NCBI RefSeq assembly: GCF_964204645.1
Contig: NC_134030.1
Location: 9,079,222-9,143,221 of the forward strand
Direction of reading: 5' to 3'
Origin: Tubulanus polymorphus
Taxonomy: Eukaryota; Animalia; Nemertea
DNA: 64,000 nt
A model generated the notes under the pieces. It was not told where the DNA came from, did not search any database, and saw only the letters and a program-made list of their open reading frames with translations. The translations under genes and the position numbers were made by a program. This document shows positions 12,516 to 25,522 of this stretch, in pieces (positions within the stretch are counted from its first letter, which is position 1; the number at the start of each line of letters is the position of its first letter).

Positions 12516-14454
12516 ACTCATCAGAAAATCTACAAGTAGATGAATACTGATTGACCCATTTGCTAATGAAAACTGTAGAAGCCCAGATTAGAAGTTGAGG
12601 AGCCAGCAACGGATTAATCACTCAACGATGGATTCTTCTACAAACGGTGGTTGATTTCTATAAAATATTTTATCAGGAGCAGCAGAGACTATAGTGAATC
12701 TTATAAACACTGATTCGAGTGACAAAGCTAATGAATTATCTCATAAATACTGATTCAGGATAAGCACTGTTTTAAAAGCCGCAAAGACAATAGTGTATCT
12801 TATTAGGAGCAGCATAAACAATAGCGCATCTTATAGATGCGCAGATTCAGGACCGGCAAAGACAATAGTGGATTTTTGTCGTAAAGTATTGATTTTTTTA
12901 CTTAACACCCTTTTTCAAACCAGTCTGATATAGTGTTGTAAAGGAAATTATTTTATAATGTTTAATGCAATGTGAAAGTCTAATAAAAGCTAAGCTCCAT
13001 TAATTCACAATATTGGTATTCGATCCTTGGTTGATAGAGAAGTCAAGTTAGGTTAGTCACTAGGGGTAAATGGTCGCGTCAAGCGCCTTGTTTGGGCTCG
13101 CAGTCTGTTGAGTTAACTCCTAAACTGAGATATAGTTTCAACATGATATTGTGAGTTTTATCTTTAAACTTTACCATAGTTAAACATAGTCAACTATGGC
13201 TATTTGTCCGTGTAGGTATCACATAGTTTGGAAACATAGAAAATAACGTTAGGCCAGTGTGTTGATCTACAAATATTAAGTATTTGATGAATTGTAGATG
13301 TATTAATTTGATGGATATATATTTTCGAAGGCCCATGTAACTGATTTCACAATTGAATCGTATATGTTGATTTTCACATCGAGTTTTAACTTTGAGCCTC
13401 CATCAATCTGTTTGATGATCATAGCTACGTATTTGAAATCAAAAGCTTTATTTGAAAGGAGACCATTATTTACATTTGAAAGGTAAAGCTAGGAATAACA
13501 AGGCATAAAGTTATAGCTAGGACTAATTTTGAACGTTTTAACATTGTTTATAGCTGTTTGAACTTCTTTTATTGTAATGGGTAAATCCATATCATGAGGT
13601 GGCTCTCGTGAATAATCACTTAGCTTCAAATTGGGTGTATAATGATTATTAAGGAGTGGCAGTGAATCAGTAGTGCTTTTCTAAAATGGAACCAGAAACT
13701 TTACAGTGAAAAAATGCCTGCAGTTGTAAATAGAGGAGTATAAATAATACATAATACAAACTACAAGTACATAAATTAATGAAAAAATAAATAAAAAAAA
13801 CCAATAAATAATAAGTAGTAAATAATACAAAATACAAGTACATTCATAAATAGATAATATTAAAAAATAGATAAAAATACTAAACAACAATAGAAACAAA
13901 CAACAAATTAGTACTCTATTTACATGAAAAGGCATTTTTCAAATATTTATCAACAAGGTTATTCACTTATTGAACAACCTTCCCTAAGTATAGCGAAAAC
14001 CCGAGATCTTTTCTGTTGTTGTTTTAAGCATTCTATCGGACTCAGTTATTGTAATGAACAAAACAAATAACCATAAACCTTAAATAAATCGAACACACTT
14101 AAAAGAAAATAACTGATATGATAGAATGCTTTGAATAACTGTGATGAAAGATCGACCGCCCTATGAACTAGCCGCGCTCAATCACTGCTGTGTCCGTTGA
14201 TTGTTATACAGGGGTAGACTTACTATCTAAAATCTGGTACATACATTTTAATTTTTAGAAAGAATGTAAAACAGCTATAAACTTAAGTTATTGATGTTAT
14301 TGATTAGTTACCAATTGTATAATTATGTTGATGTTTTCGAAGCTGCCAGAAAAAACATTAGAATACTAGTATTCAATGCCAAGGTGCTTGGACATCTTTA
14401 AGTCAGGGCAAAGTAGGCAAAATTCTAGTTTTCTAGTGAAAGTAATGATTAGTT

Positions 14455-16870
14455 GATACTTAGATTTCCAGAGTGAATCTGTATGTTCCATCTCTAGTTT
14501 TAATGCTCTATGTTGGAGACTGTTATTGTAACACATAACGCATGTTTGGAAATTAGGAACCTGCATGATGATTTCTCGTTTAAGATATTATTGTTGTGTG
14601 AATAAAACGATGTACATTTTCATCATTCATGTTGAAACTTTTTATTTGTTAATTTCTATAGCAACAATTCCACTGTGGTGCTTTTCAGTGGTTCATAAAA
14701 TACTGATTTAATTAGCAGGAGCATAGAATAGAAGGAGCAGTTTCTTGATAGGTTAACTCAAGGATATAGTGGTAATTGGTCAATTGTCCTAGCTTTGTTT
14801 TGATTATCAGTTTAACCGCATCTGTGTGGGGCCTGTAATATCTGGACAAGAAGAATTTCTGATCTTTGTATAGAGTTGTATTGATATCTACTATCAAGTT
14901 GAATAATACAAATTAAGAAGTTGCCGTAGCTTCGTCAGTCAAACCATATTTATATGTATGAAGATACTCGATTTATCTTAAATCATCACAAAGAAAAACC
15001 TTTATAATAGTTTGCAGGGTTTGATCTAAGGAATAAATGCCACTTGACCTTGGGGCAAGCATATGTAATATCACTTGCCCCCTCAAAAATCAACTTGCTC
15101 TACATGAGTAGTCCGATTGAGACACAATCATCCCTTGCATCGAGTGGGATAAAAGCTTTGAGATATAGAATTACACAAGCCCGGTGGACGAGTGATTGTG
15201 ATAACCTACATGCCCTAATGAAAATATACTTGTGTCGGGCAATTGGACTAGTGCTTAAATCAGACCCTGCTTTGTTTCAAATGTAACATTTGTGAAATAA
15301 GCTAGTTGATAATTAAAGAAATCTCTCAGACGAGGACATTTTTGGCAATGTTTTTAGTTTTCTTGTAATAACTAAGATTAATTAGTTTACCTTACGCTTT
15401 CCAGAGTGAGTGAATTTGTAGGTTTTATGTTGAACTGTTTTATAAATAACTCATTTAGTGGGGTATAATTGTTGTTTAAGAATAAAATGATATACATGTT
15501 TCGTCATTCATACTGTGGTGCTCATCAATGGTTCCTAAAATACTATTTTCATTAAGGCCCTTATGGAAAATTGAGTAGCAAAATAGAGGAGCAGTCTCTT
15601 GATAAATGAGGATATATGAACAGTATTAATCAGTAGATTATGCTAGCTATGGACTCTAAAACCATGGTTTAACAATGTCTGTATGGGTTCTGAATATCTG
15701 CACAAGAAGCACCTAAAAAAGTAAGTTATTGAATCTTAACTTAATTGTAGCAAAGCCATTAGTTATTAGTAATTGCCCTAGCTCTATTCAAATTGGCAGT
15801 TGAACAATATTTATATACTCGATTTATATACTCTTGCTGAATGCATAGAAGAGAATACCTCCAAAATACTTTGCATTAAATGTAACATTTGAGAGAAAAA
15901 CTAGTGGCAAAACTAGCTATCTTGTAAAATAATGTTAATGAAAATTAAATCAAAGACTGTTTATTTAATCTAATCTTTAGCTTTCCAGATTGAATTTGTG
16001 GTTTTATCTTCGGTTATAATGTTTTTATGTTCGAGACTTTTTTGAAATACAGGTCACGTTTTTGTAAATGCCTGAGGCACTTCCTCCAGTACATGAATAC
16101 CTGTCATTTAGGTATAATTGTTGTTGTTGAGATAAAATGACATGTTCATGTCAATTGTTCATAAAACATTGATTTATTAAGGTCCTATCGAATAAAGTTG
16201 AGCTTTTTCTTGATAAATGAGATGTCCTCAATCGATGTCATTTGAAAAGTTGACATGATACATTCATATTTCATGAAACTGTCGTTGATATTGACCTCAT
16301 GAATTGTCAAATTCATAATCTTAGACTAGTCCAATTTTCGGTTTTTTATGGATCAAAGTTTATAATTCTTTGTGTATATTTGTTATTTTCCTATTGATGC
16401 AAATTGTATAAATCAGCTGTAGTGGAAATGTATCATAGATAAAGACTTCTAAATACCTTACATGTAACTTTGTTTTAAGTTAGTACAATTTCATACAGTA
16501 ATAGAAATAAAATTACTATTAAAATTTGAGAAAATAAGCTAAAAGTTAATAATATGATATGTGAAAATGAAATGATGTAAGAATGTATATCAGATTGATT
16601 ACTTGATCCTACGCTTTTCAGAGTATTTGGCCAGGTTTATCTCTGGTTTTAGTGCTGGGAGCCATGGACTCACGGTTTAAGAGTCCATGGTTGTGGGCCA
16701 TAGACGTTTCTGTTTTAGAGTCTATGGTTGGACCATGGGCGTATATAAACTCTCGTTTATAGTTAATACGCCTATGGTGGTTGGACTAGTTGTTTTTGAA
16801 AGTCCGTGTTTGAGGAGCTTACATTATAATTCCTCGAGCCTGGCATTTGTTGTATGAGAATAAATATGAT
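14455..16870 (+). repeat. Four degenerate long (~600-900 bp) repeat modules
   Basis: TTT(C/T)CAGA near 14464, 15397, 15981 and 16615, each followed by TTGTTGT..GA(A)TAAA. Additional shared blocks CTGTGGTGCT and GGAGCAGT(T/C)TCTTGATA occur in some copies. Confidence 0.6.
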
Positions 16871-17129
16871 TGATTTTGAAATTTGTCATTCGTTTAGTTA
16901 AGCAAACCGGCAGAGCGCCCCAAGTGATGATTTCGAGTATCTTCGGACTTCTTTTTAGTCATGCATAGTTCTAATACCCCAAAGTGCATAGGTCTTCGTT
17001 TCAGTAGCGCATAGTTTTTAGTAACACCCCCACTTCACTGCCCCGCTATAAAATTAACTGCTTTTCAGTAAATGATTATATATTCTATATATTAAATATT
17101 CTGTTGATTGTCTATTGTAGGTAATTGAT

Positions 17130-17361
17130 TGTGTTCTGATGAAGATTCTCTGAGATACAACTCAGGATTTCTTAAGAATTAGAAGCTATACGTATGAAAT
17201 TGAGCTAAACGTGCACAGAATGAATTGTTGTTGTATCATGGTCATTTTGAAAAACGGATGAAACATGAATTGAAAAGTCAATCCAGGTTTAATTGTTAGT
17301 ATATCTATATTGATTTAATTTCAGAAAGAATCGTCAATCACGAATCAAAGAGATTAAACGA
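17130..17361 (+). repeat. ~240 bp direct repeat, copy 2 (copy 1 at 3056-3297)
   Basis: Colinear with 3056-3297, with scattered substitutions and small indels. Confidence 0.9.
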
Positions 17362-18973
17362 TTCCCGCACTAATCGTCATGAAATGAGATTCCAAATAAC
17401 GGCGAAACTCCTAGATTCTAATACAGTGATGAGGTTTAAAGAGCTGGAATTTATGAATAACTACACGAGCGAGCATGCAATCGGAATTGAGATTGGATTT
17501 AGGCCTACTGTCTGGTCAAGACTCGAGTTAAGTTAGAGATATCAGTATCATTCTGTTGTCACACAATTTGCAATGTCACAAAATACGTATGTCACCGTCT
17601 TATCAGGCGGTCTGTAGTGGACAATGAATATAGAATAGCAGTAAAAAGAGTTTGTCGTGATGGATTTTATACTCAATTTCTAGCAAAAATTATGTTTGGT
17701 CCATGAGGAGAGGAAAATATTGCGAATATCCAGATGATCTGAATTACTGGTCTTTCCCAAGTCTGTCCCAACTCACTGTCTGTTTCCAGAATAAGATGCT
17801 GCGGTGGATCCAAATATCTGATCTCAGAAAACACTGACAAGGAGTTCAACTATTGTAAACTTTATTCAGACTTTAGTCATTTTCACATCATCATTAACAC
17901 AACAATTCACTGAATATATTCCATGTACGGTTGATAAAGAAAGCATGTCCCCCTTCGGCCAAGTTCCTTCAGAATGACTATCACAGCTGAGCCCTTTTTC
18001 TTACCTACAAAATGAATAAGTATTAATTCAGTTGTCTGTTTGAATTCCGATTAAATATCAGCGGATTAATTCGATACGTACAGCAATTAATGCCTTTTCT
18101 TCAGTCTTTAAATTTCCTTTTGTTTGCTGATTACATTTATGATTCATAGATTATCAGCTGATTTACTGTAATCTATCATTCCAGTGCGATTTTGATATTA
18201 CTCCTAATTTCGCTTATTCGATGAGACGCCATTTTAACCCAGAAGTAACTCGATACTAACATGCATCAAAAATGTAAAATGGAGGATGGGATCAACCGGT
18301 GAAGGTAGAGACCGGCAACCAGTCGGGTACCGTATAGTGCTGCCAGTATAGACATGAACGAAACGGTTATTCAATGGTGTACAAGAACACCGTTTTAAGA
18401 TGGCGGCGTTTGAACTGCAGAAGGGTCAGGGTTTACAGATCTAGACAGTTCAAGAGGGATCACGGTTCAACCGCGGCACATGAGATGCTGCTGGCCATGC
18501 CAACCACAGCCCGACTGTCGTTGGCATTGAGGTGGTACTTTGCGTGAGTCCGAGCGACATGATTTCATTACATCTGGCTGGCAGGAGGATCGAGAGTCAA
18601 ATCAATCACCATCCTCCCCGGCAGGGATTCGAAATGCATGTAAATTGTGACCCCGCGGACCTAAATTTCAAAAGGGTTAAAAGTTCGTTACCCCAATAAG
18701 CAGGAATTCTTTCTCCTTTGATTTTATTTTTTTTCAGGTTAAAAAACAACGTTGGTGTGTTAGCGGGAAGTTTAGAGCAAACAAAACCGAAAGTCAGAAT
18801 TGGCAACCATTTTTACATTCCGAAAAAAAAACTTGATTCCATATTGCGAGCACCGAGAAGTTATGAATTTTATATAAACGGCTAGGCCTACTGCTAAAAA
18901 CTAACCCAAGAGCCAGAGAAGAGCCAGATTTGGTTACAGCGTGTACTCGAACGGAAGAAAAAAAGATCGATCC

Positions 18974-19951
18974 TCAATATGTTCTTCGAGAGCAAAATAA
19001 CAATTTCATTTGTTGTTTGAAGTTTTTACTGTATATATAATAAAATATACCGTTTACAGCCGAATTCAGGGATTGAAAAACTTCATTCAAAAGCAATGCC
19101 CACCAGATATCAGACCATGGTAAATGAAGTCTCAAAACATTGAAAAACATGTCAGGGGAGACTGACACCATGAATATAGTTGATGCGACAAATACCATTC
19201 TGTGCGCCGTTCCATCTTGTTTACTTATATCTGCACCGGTCAAAAGTTTCCTATTTTTAGCGTGGATATGTAGTTTTATTATCAAGACAAAATTAAAAAG
19301 TTGAACGAGAGCGAATGGTAAATATGTAGTGAAAACATTTTCTATTAAATACGAATACTTGGGCGGGTTGTGAACCGTTTTGGCCCCGAGGACAGTCAGG
19401 CCGTATGAACATGTTTTTTTAACCCGCACAATGATTCGGTCTCGCGTGCGATATGAAGCAAATCCACTCCACGTGACAACCAAAACGGCCGAAAATAAAC
19501 AACAATGATTCAAATTCCAAAATCTCTTAGCTTTAAGTGGAAAACAGATATGAAATGCTCGGTCGAACGTCACTAATAAGGTCAAACCGTTACGAATGTA
19601 AAAAGCCCATTTTATGATGAGGTTACCCACTATATACAGCTCAGGAGCTCCCAAATCGTCGTCTAAATACAGTCCCGTTTTTCCATGGCGAGTAAGTTTC
19701 ACAAACCAAACTAAATGGTTATAAATAATGATTCCAATGCAACTCATTGCGTCGAAAGCCGCCAGTATCATTAACAGGAAATGCGAAGTCGCGGAACGAT
19801 TCATTTTATGCAGTCGATATAGCAAGACCAACGTTACCGAGTTGGCGACAAGGCCAAACCATGCGACCGGTCCTATCACAGTTACCATGACAAGATTCCA
19901 AACGATGCGATCGTATTTCCAGCATTCCTCCACAGCTGTGGCATTTAACAT
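18974..19951 (-). CDS. Class A (rhodopsin-like) orphan GPCR, peptide-receptor/FMRFamide-receptor-like, single coding exon
   Basis: 325-aa ORF with 7 hydrophobic segments: GLVAN (TM1), LAAFD (TM2), DRA motif in TFDRAFHICFPLKA, TM5 Pro, and TM7 NSAVNGIFYY followed by helix 8 SKNFKQ. Confidence 0.88.
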   Translation of the reverse strand: MLNATAVEECWKYDRIVWNLVMVTVIGPVAWFGLVANSVTLVLLYRLHKMNRSATSHFLLMILAAFDAMSCIGIIIYNHLVWFVKLTRHGKTGLYLDDDLGAPELYIVGNLIIKWAFYIRNGLTLLVTFDRAFHICFPLKAKRFWNLNHCCLFSAVLVVTWSGFASYRTRDRIIVRVKKTCSYGLTVLGAKTVHNPPKYSYLIENVFTTYLPFALVQLFNFVLIIKLHIHAKNRKLLTGADISKQDGTAHRMVFVASTIFMVSVSPDMFFNVLRLHLPWSDIWWALLLNEVFQSLNSAVNGIFYYIYSKNFKQQMKLLFCSRRTY

Positions 19952-20399
19952 GCTGCTATTGAGTGCGTGATAGAAACGTACGCTCCTGATGGCAAAAAAG
20001 TAACGGTTGACATGCTGCGCACTCTGAAATTCTTAAAGTTATACGCAGAAGAGAATTACATATACATACGTGTAGCAGAAAATACCGTATTATCCATAAT
20101 GATATAGTATATACTTGTATACACATTCGTCGGGTGAGGCAAAATCAGAAAGTTCACATGCCAACCATTTTATCACAATTCAATCTGAAATATATTCACT
20201 TCATATATCTCACTACATCTAAGGTCATTATGGTAAAATGAATACGAATCTTACAATATCAATACATCTTACAATATCTTCGTAATTTACCAAACAATCG
20301 TTATCCGCCCCCTATGCGCACGCAGACATGGCTGAACAAGAAAACTAACTTGAAAGATTATTGACCCCTTGGAATTTTGGATTTGAATACATTGATTTT

Positions 20400-20570
20400 G
20401 CAACCAGTCTAGCCCTAATATATCAACCGCAGAATAAACGCCAAAATTCACAATTGTAATTGTTATTTCAAGAAGCAGATATTGATGACGCAGTGCACAG
20501 TCGATTCACACAGAACCCCCCTAAATAACGCATACTAGGTGTCGAGGTATATGAGCATCATTGTAACGGT
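20400..20570 (-). repeat. Partial copy of a dispersed ~400-450 bp repeat family
   Basis: Reverse complement of the ACCGTTACAAT...GATGTGCACT(A/G)CGTCATCA...CTAGACTGGT blocks seen at 56400 and 57765. Confidence 0.65.
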
Positions 20571-23230
20571 CTTTACTCCCTCGCTTGCCAGGGTTTGATT
20601 GCATCCACGGGCTTGTCACGATAGCTTGGGGTCCAAAATCAAAGATTCGACTCAGTATCCTACGTACCACCTGAATTCGTTATCATCACATCTAAAACGA
20701 ATGGTTCGGTTTTAGGACAAAAAATGCGCCCGATTTGGGATTAATGATCGAAGACACTGTAGATTTGAACCCCGATTCAATTTGTCAAAGACTTTACGCG
20801 CTTTGTTACCTCTCATTAACCTTTCTACAGCTGAGCGGCAATATTTGACGATGAAACGCATCGCGGCGGTAAATCGCTTTTCAAGAACCGCCAGACAAAA
20901 GATCTTCCCTCACGACGTGAAACCGACCCGGCTTGTTTCCCGCTGCTCACGCAATGCATCGTTTAATATTACACATCGAGTGAAACAGAAAGCGACGAAT
21001 GTCAATCTCTTGATGATTCCTCATAATTTCGCGGCAATCGGAAGAAAAAGATCTAGCGCGTATTAATTCGATGACATGTAATCAAATCTCTCGACGATCA
21101 TTGGTTCGCGGTTGACTGCACGTGATCAATACTTCCGGTAAGGCGGATGATTTATGTCGGAACTAGAAATTGAATGATTTGACTATTGCAGCTAATGCGG
21201 CTTTGTAATCGATGCGTCGGGTCATCTATCAGCTGACAGATGCTTTCATAATCATTTAGCCGAGAGAGATTACAATTAGAAAGCTATTTGTCAATTCTGG
21301 AGAGATTTATTTCGCCGACTTCGATGACGGTTGTGTTTGGTGGTTGGGAAACAGAAAACCCGATACGAATAAACAGATACACCGAGAACAACAGAATAGT
21401 CTTTCTGGCAATAGTCTGACTAAAAAAAACCGTCGAATTCTCATCGCATTTCCCAAGACAAGGAACAATAGCTTTAACCATTATCCCGGCCGGTCAGTAA
21501 AGCTAATTAGTTTATGACACCCAAACATTAGTTCAAGACGCTTTAAACATTGATCGATGAGAATACTTCAACTATTAACACGGAGATGCCCGCGCCGTTC
21601 ATGTAATTAAAAAGAAACGAAGATTACAAAAGGGTAATTCGATCTGCAAATAATTAGCCCGGGCGGTTATTATCGCACTTTTTTCTTGACACTTCTCTGA
21701 TATTCCTTATTGTCACTCCATGTGGTTCAATTTCGCGCTGACGCGCGCCACCCGAAGTTTCAACGATACATCAAGACGCACGCCGAGAAAGAAAATGAGA
21801 CAAAAATTCGACCGATGTCGATATAATTGATACGTCGTCAGATATTCGAGGAATTCTAGGTATGTTAATAATAGGTGCTCGGCAGCCATTAAGGTAAAGA
21901 CGAGCTGCTGTGTAATGGGCACGCGGATACGTGCGCTAATTTACCAACTATCGCGTATTTCGTGTACGTGAACTTTCATTACTTTGCGATGTCGGTGCAA
22001 AATCTCCCCTGGTTCCTCGAACTCGATATGGCGGTGGTTTCCGTTTGACGGGTCGAAGCAACTTATGATTTCGATAAGCTTATACCGGTACGTCATATTG
22101 ATACCATATAATTGGGTAGATTCATCTATCCAGGTTTCTTCATATATCAGTTGAACCATTTAGACCTATTTTTCCCTGGATGATATAGAATGACTTACTG
22201 AAGCTTTCAACAAATCAAGAGAACTATAGATGAAAGCTACGGTAAGTTAAACTATATCAATCATGTAGTTAAATAAGTCTAAATGGTTCAACTATATTGA
22301 AACCGGCCATTTAATGAATAATTTCCAGGGCCTTTCGAAGTAAAACTCGCCTATTTACATGATGGATTTGGCTATGCAAGTATCATTCAATGTATACGCT
22401 CGAATCTGGATCAAGTTTAAGTATTACTTCACTCAATCGTCGAATCTAACTAGCAACTGCCGGGGCCCTATTCAAATTTTCATTTGCTGAAAGATTTCGG
22501 AATATGCATGTTGTATTTCTATGCATACTATAGTTAAGTTTACTCCAAGATGACGTAATTTGCACGTATGCACTTATATATAGACATATATATCTTTTCA
22601 CTTTCGGTGCAACGCGTTAATGTATTTTGGGCTGGGAAATTTTTCCTAAATGGGAGAAATCGTTATCGCGATATCGTCGCAATGGCTTCTCGTTAGATTT
22701 AAACGTAGGTGTAATATGATTGAAAAATTTCGATTAAGGGAGAAATAATTCGATGTAACGAATGGGGCACCTGGAAACCTTTGTCGATGAAGATTGCTGT
22801 ATTGTGATATAACATCGTGTGGGTGGACTCCGTCTTTTTCCGAGGTTCAAATACATATGTAGATAGATCGAGAACAATTTTTTCATATATAACGATGTTT
22901 ATCATTTATGTCATGGTTACCCCGAATCGACGGTCGGAAATGCTGCAAAATTACGCGTTCGTCATTTTGTGAAATTGTATATATCTAAGTCATTAGATCA
23001 TACGCGTCTATGTATCGCTAATTGGAAAAGAAACTTCGATTATGTGTTTGAGGTAAACGTTTACTACAGACGATCAGCGATAATCGTTCCACCGCCGCAC
23101 TGTGCGAGACACACAGCACAAGAAAAGACACTAATATCACGTATTTCGGTGATTAGCAATATCACACGGCAGAGGTTAATACATTATTTCCTCAAGAATC
23201 AGACCGCACCGTCAGAGAGTTTTCTTATCC

Positions 23231-23409
23231 ATATATAGAGAATCCCACATTAAAAAAAGATGAACGATAATCGAAAGATAATTCATTGATTCGACGTTTC
23301 ATTCCTGAAGATGACTATTAGGTTATAGCCGAAACGTCGGATCAATTATCGATTATCTTTAAGGAAGGACTTCATATTTCGTTTTATCAGCGTGGGATTC
23401 TCTATATAT
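23231..23409. mobile_element. Fold-back Penelope-like pseudo-LTR remnant with a minimal hammerhead-like motif
   Basis: Outer IR ATATATAGAGAATCCCAC / GTGGGATTCTCTATATAT and inner IR CGACGTTTC / GAAACGTCG. Core CTGAAGA-T-stem-GAAACGTC at 23305-23338. Confidence 0.55.
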
Positions 23410-25522
23410 CATTACAAAACGGACATTGTGTTTCACCAATGGTTCTCTTATCTATATTATGATATGTATTTTCAAAAAAGTTTCTTTTATCTATCGTGAA
23501 CACAGTGCTTAACTCAATAACACGACTTACTTGAATTCACGACTCATAAAACGATTATCCTAATGTTCGTTATGATTTGTTTTCTTAGGAACACAACGAA
23601 GGGGTGGAAACTTAAATTCTAATTTTCTGTTAAGGTGTGATGATATATCTTAGCGCCGCAATACTTTCGTGTTGCCGCGAAAGGATTGCTGCTGAATGTA
23701 TTTCATTACGCACACGCAAAAAGCAAAATGCTTTTCAAAAGAAATGAGCATAACATATATAAAGTGTATATATGGAGTTTGATTAAGTATGTGGAGTGTG
23801 ATTTTGTATGTGATTTAGTATCTTAGAGTGTGATCTAGTATGTGGAGTTAACGTATAGGTTTCATATCGATTCTTTAACGGTAGATATTCAACCACCGAC
23901 TCAAAACGGATTTTTCGAATAACTCGTCTATGCCATATTTAGTTCAATATGCAATTCCAGTTGTTTTTAGAAACGAAGGTTTAGTTGAATAACAACCGTC
24001 CCACTCGTCCGAGAAATAAAGTACACTTCTACTATACTCAAACATCTGTAATCTATCAACTGTTTACTTCATTTTCTTTCTCAAACTCTTTAGGACTTTT
24101 CTAGGCTAAGTCATAGCAAAATTTTGTGGAACCAAATGAAATTGTTATCCACTAGAGTTGTAAGATCTAACGATGAACCTCTCAAGTCACCCCGTGTTAG
24201 ACTAATCTCAGCACAGAACCTTCCGGTACTCCGCCCCAGTCTGGAATACTTAACCTAGTCCAATTAAATCTAGTCCGCGTCATTGATGTTTTTTAAATCT
24301 AATTTCAAGACCCATTCTTTCGTCAAAGCTTTTGATTAAACTCTCTTTATTTAACTCTGTTCACATGAAAGCCAATTAGAACATTTCATTATCATTCAGG
24401 GCAAGATCTAGGGGGACTTGTGAGAATTGTTAAAGTCCATCAAATGTTTTGAGTGTCCTTTTTCATTTTATCAACAAACAAAAAGTTGGTGCATTTCTTA
24501 GCGCGAGTATACGCTTGATATTGTTTTTTGGACATCAGAGCGCCTTTTGAGATGCGATGAGTTTTTTAAAGTTAGCCCCTCAGAGTGAGACTACACCTAA
24601 TATTGCCTTTTTGGATATCAAGGTGCCATTTGGGGTGTGACAAGTAGTGAGGGTCCGTTACCATAGAACTGCTGAGGGTGTAGGTTCGAGGTCCTGTTAT
24701 ATATAAGTGACAAGAGTTGCCTCCACAGAACAAATGGATGGTTTGATTATCCCCTCAGTGCGGATGTTGCCTAATATTGCCATTGCCTTTTTGGCCATCA
24801 AGGTACCCTCCCGGAATGTGACGAGTTCTTCAAAATTAGCCCTGGGTCCGCCCCGGTTATCTATATCAACCTTGATTCATTCTTTTATCAATAAAATTGA
24901 ATTGGATTGGATGCAGTACGACCACGCATATTTGACACGCGGTGATTGGTGAATTATCTCCCGAGACGAAACTCAATCCGAAAATGAGTTAGACGCCCTC
25001 TGCGGCCGTAAGACACCTCCAGTATAATAAAAATGCCAATCAGTTTCTAATGAAAGCTGCTATTACGATTCACTCATCGGGACAATAAGGACGTTATCAG
25101 ACAAATAGCAAGCGAACAATGAAAAAACTGCAGTCATTTTGAAATAACAAGGTAGGACCATAAAAATGAATATGGTGTTTAAAGGCGAATTGATAGAATA
25201 GCAGGTAGTAGGTGTTTTGGTATACATAAATAGATCGCCTTTTTTAGAATCTTGATAACTACGTGTAAGAGCAAAAAACTAATAATCAATTTCAGAAAAA
25301 AAAGTATGAAAAGTTTCGCGTAAAACTGGGAAAGATATAAAGCGTTATTTTGAACTTTTGTTATGAATTGATTGGGGTATATATACAGATGTATTTCTTG
25401 AAGGGATTCATAAACGCGCACTCTCAATTGACGTGATCAGTGACCGGAGACCTTTAAACCACTCGGCCAAATATAGGTCGAACAGTAGTTCATGAATTCG
25501 GGTGGAATTCACAGGAGATCAA

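Noticed and set aside
13681-13935. Very hydrophobic 84-aa ORF
   Set aside because: It arises from A-rich low-complexity sequence and has no gene signals.
16920-17050. C/D box snoRNA (GTGATGA)
   Set aside because: No properly placed D box or terminal stem.
21715-21859. Alternative first coding exon of RFX4 (donor AG|GTATGT at 21860)
   Set aside because: The phase-compatible frame has a TGA at 21796 with no downstream ATG; it could at most be non-coding.
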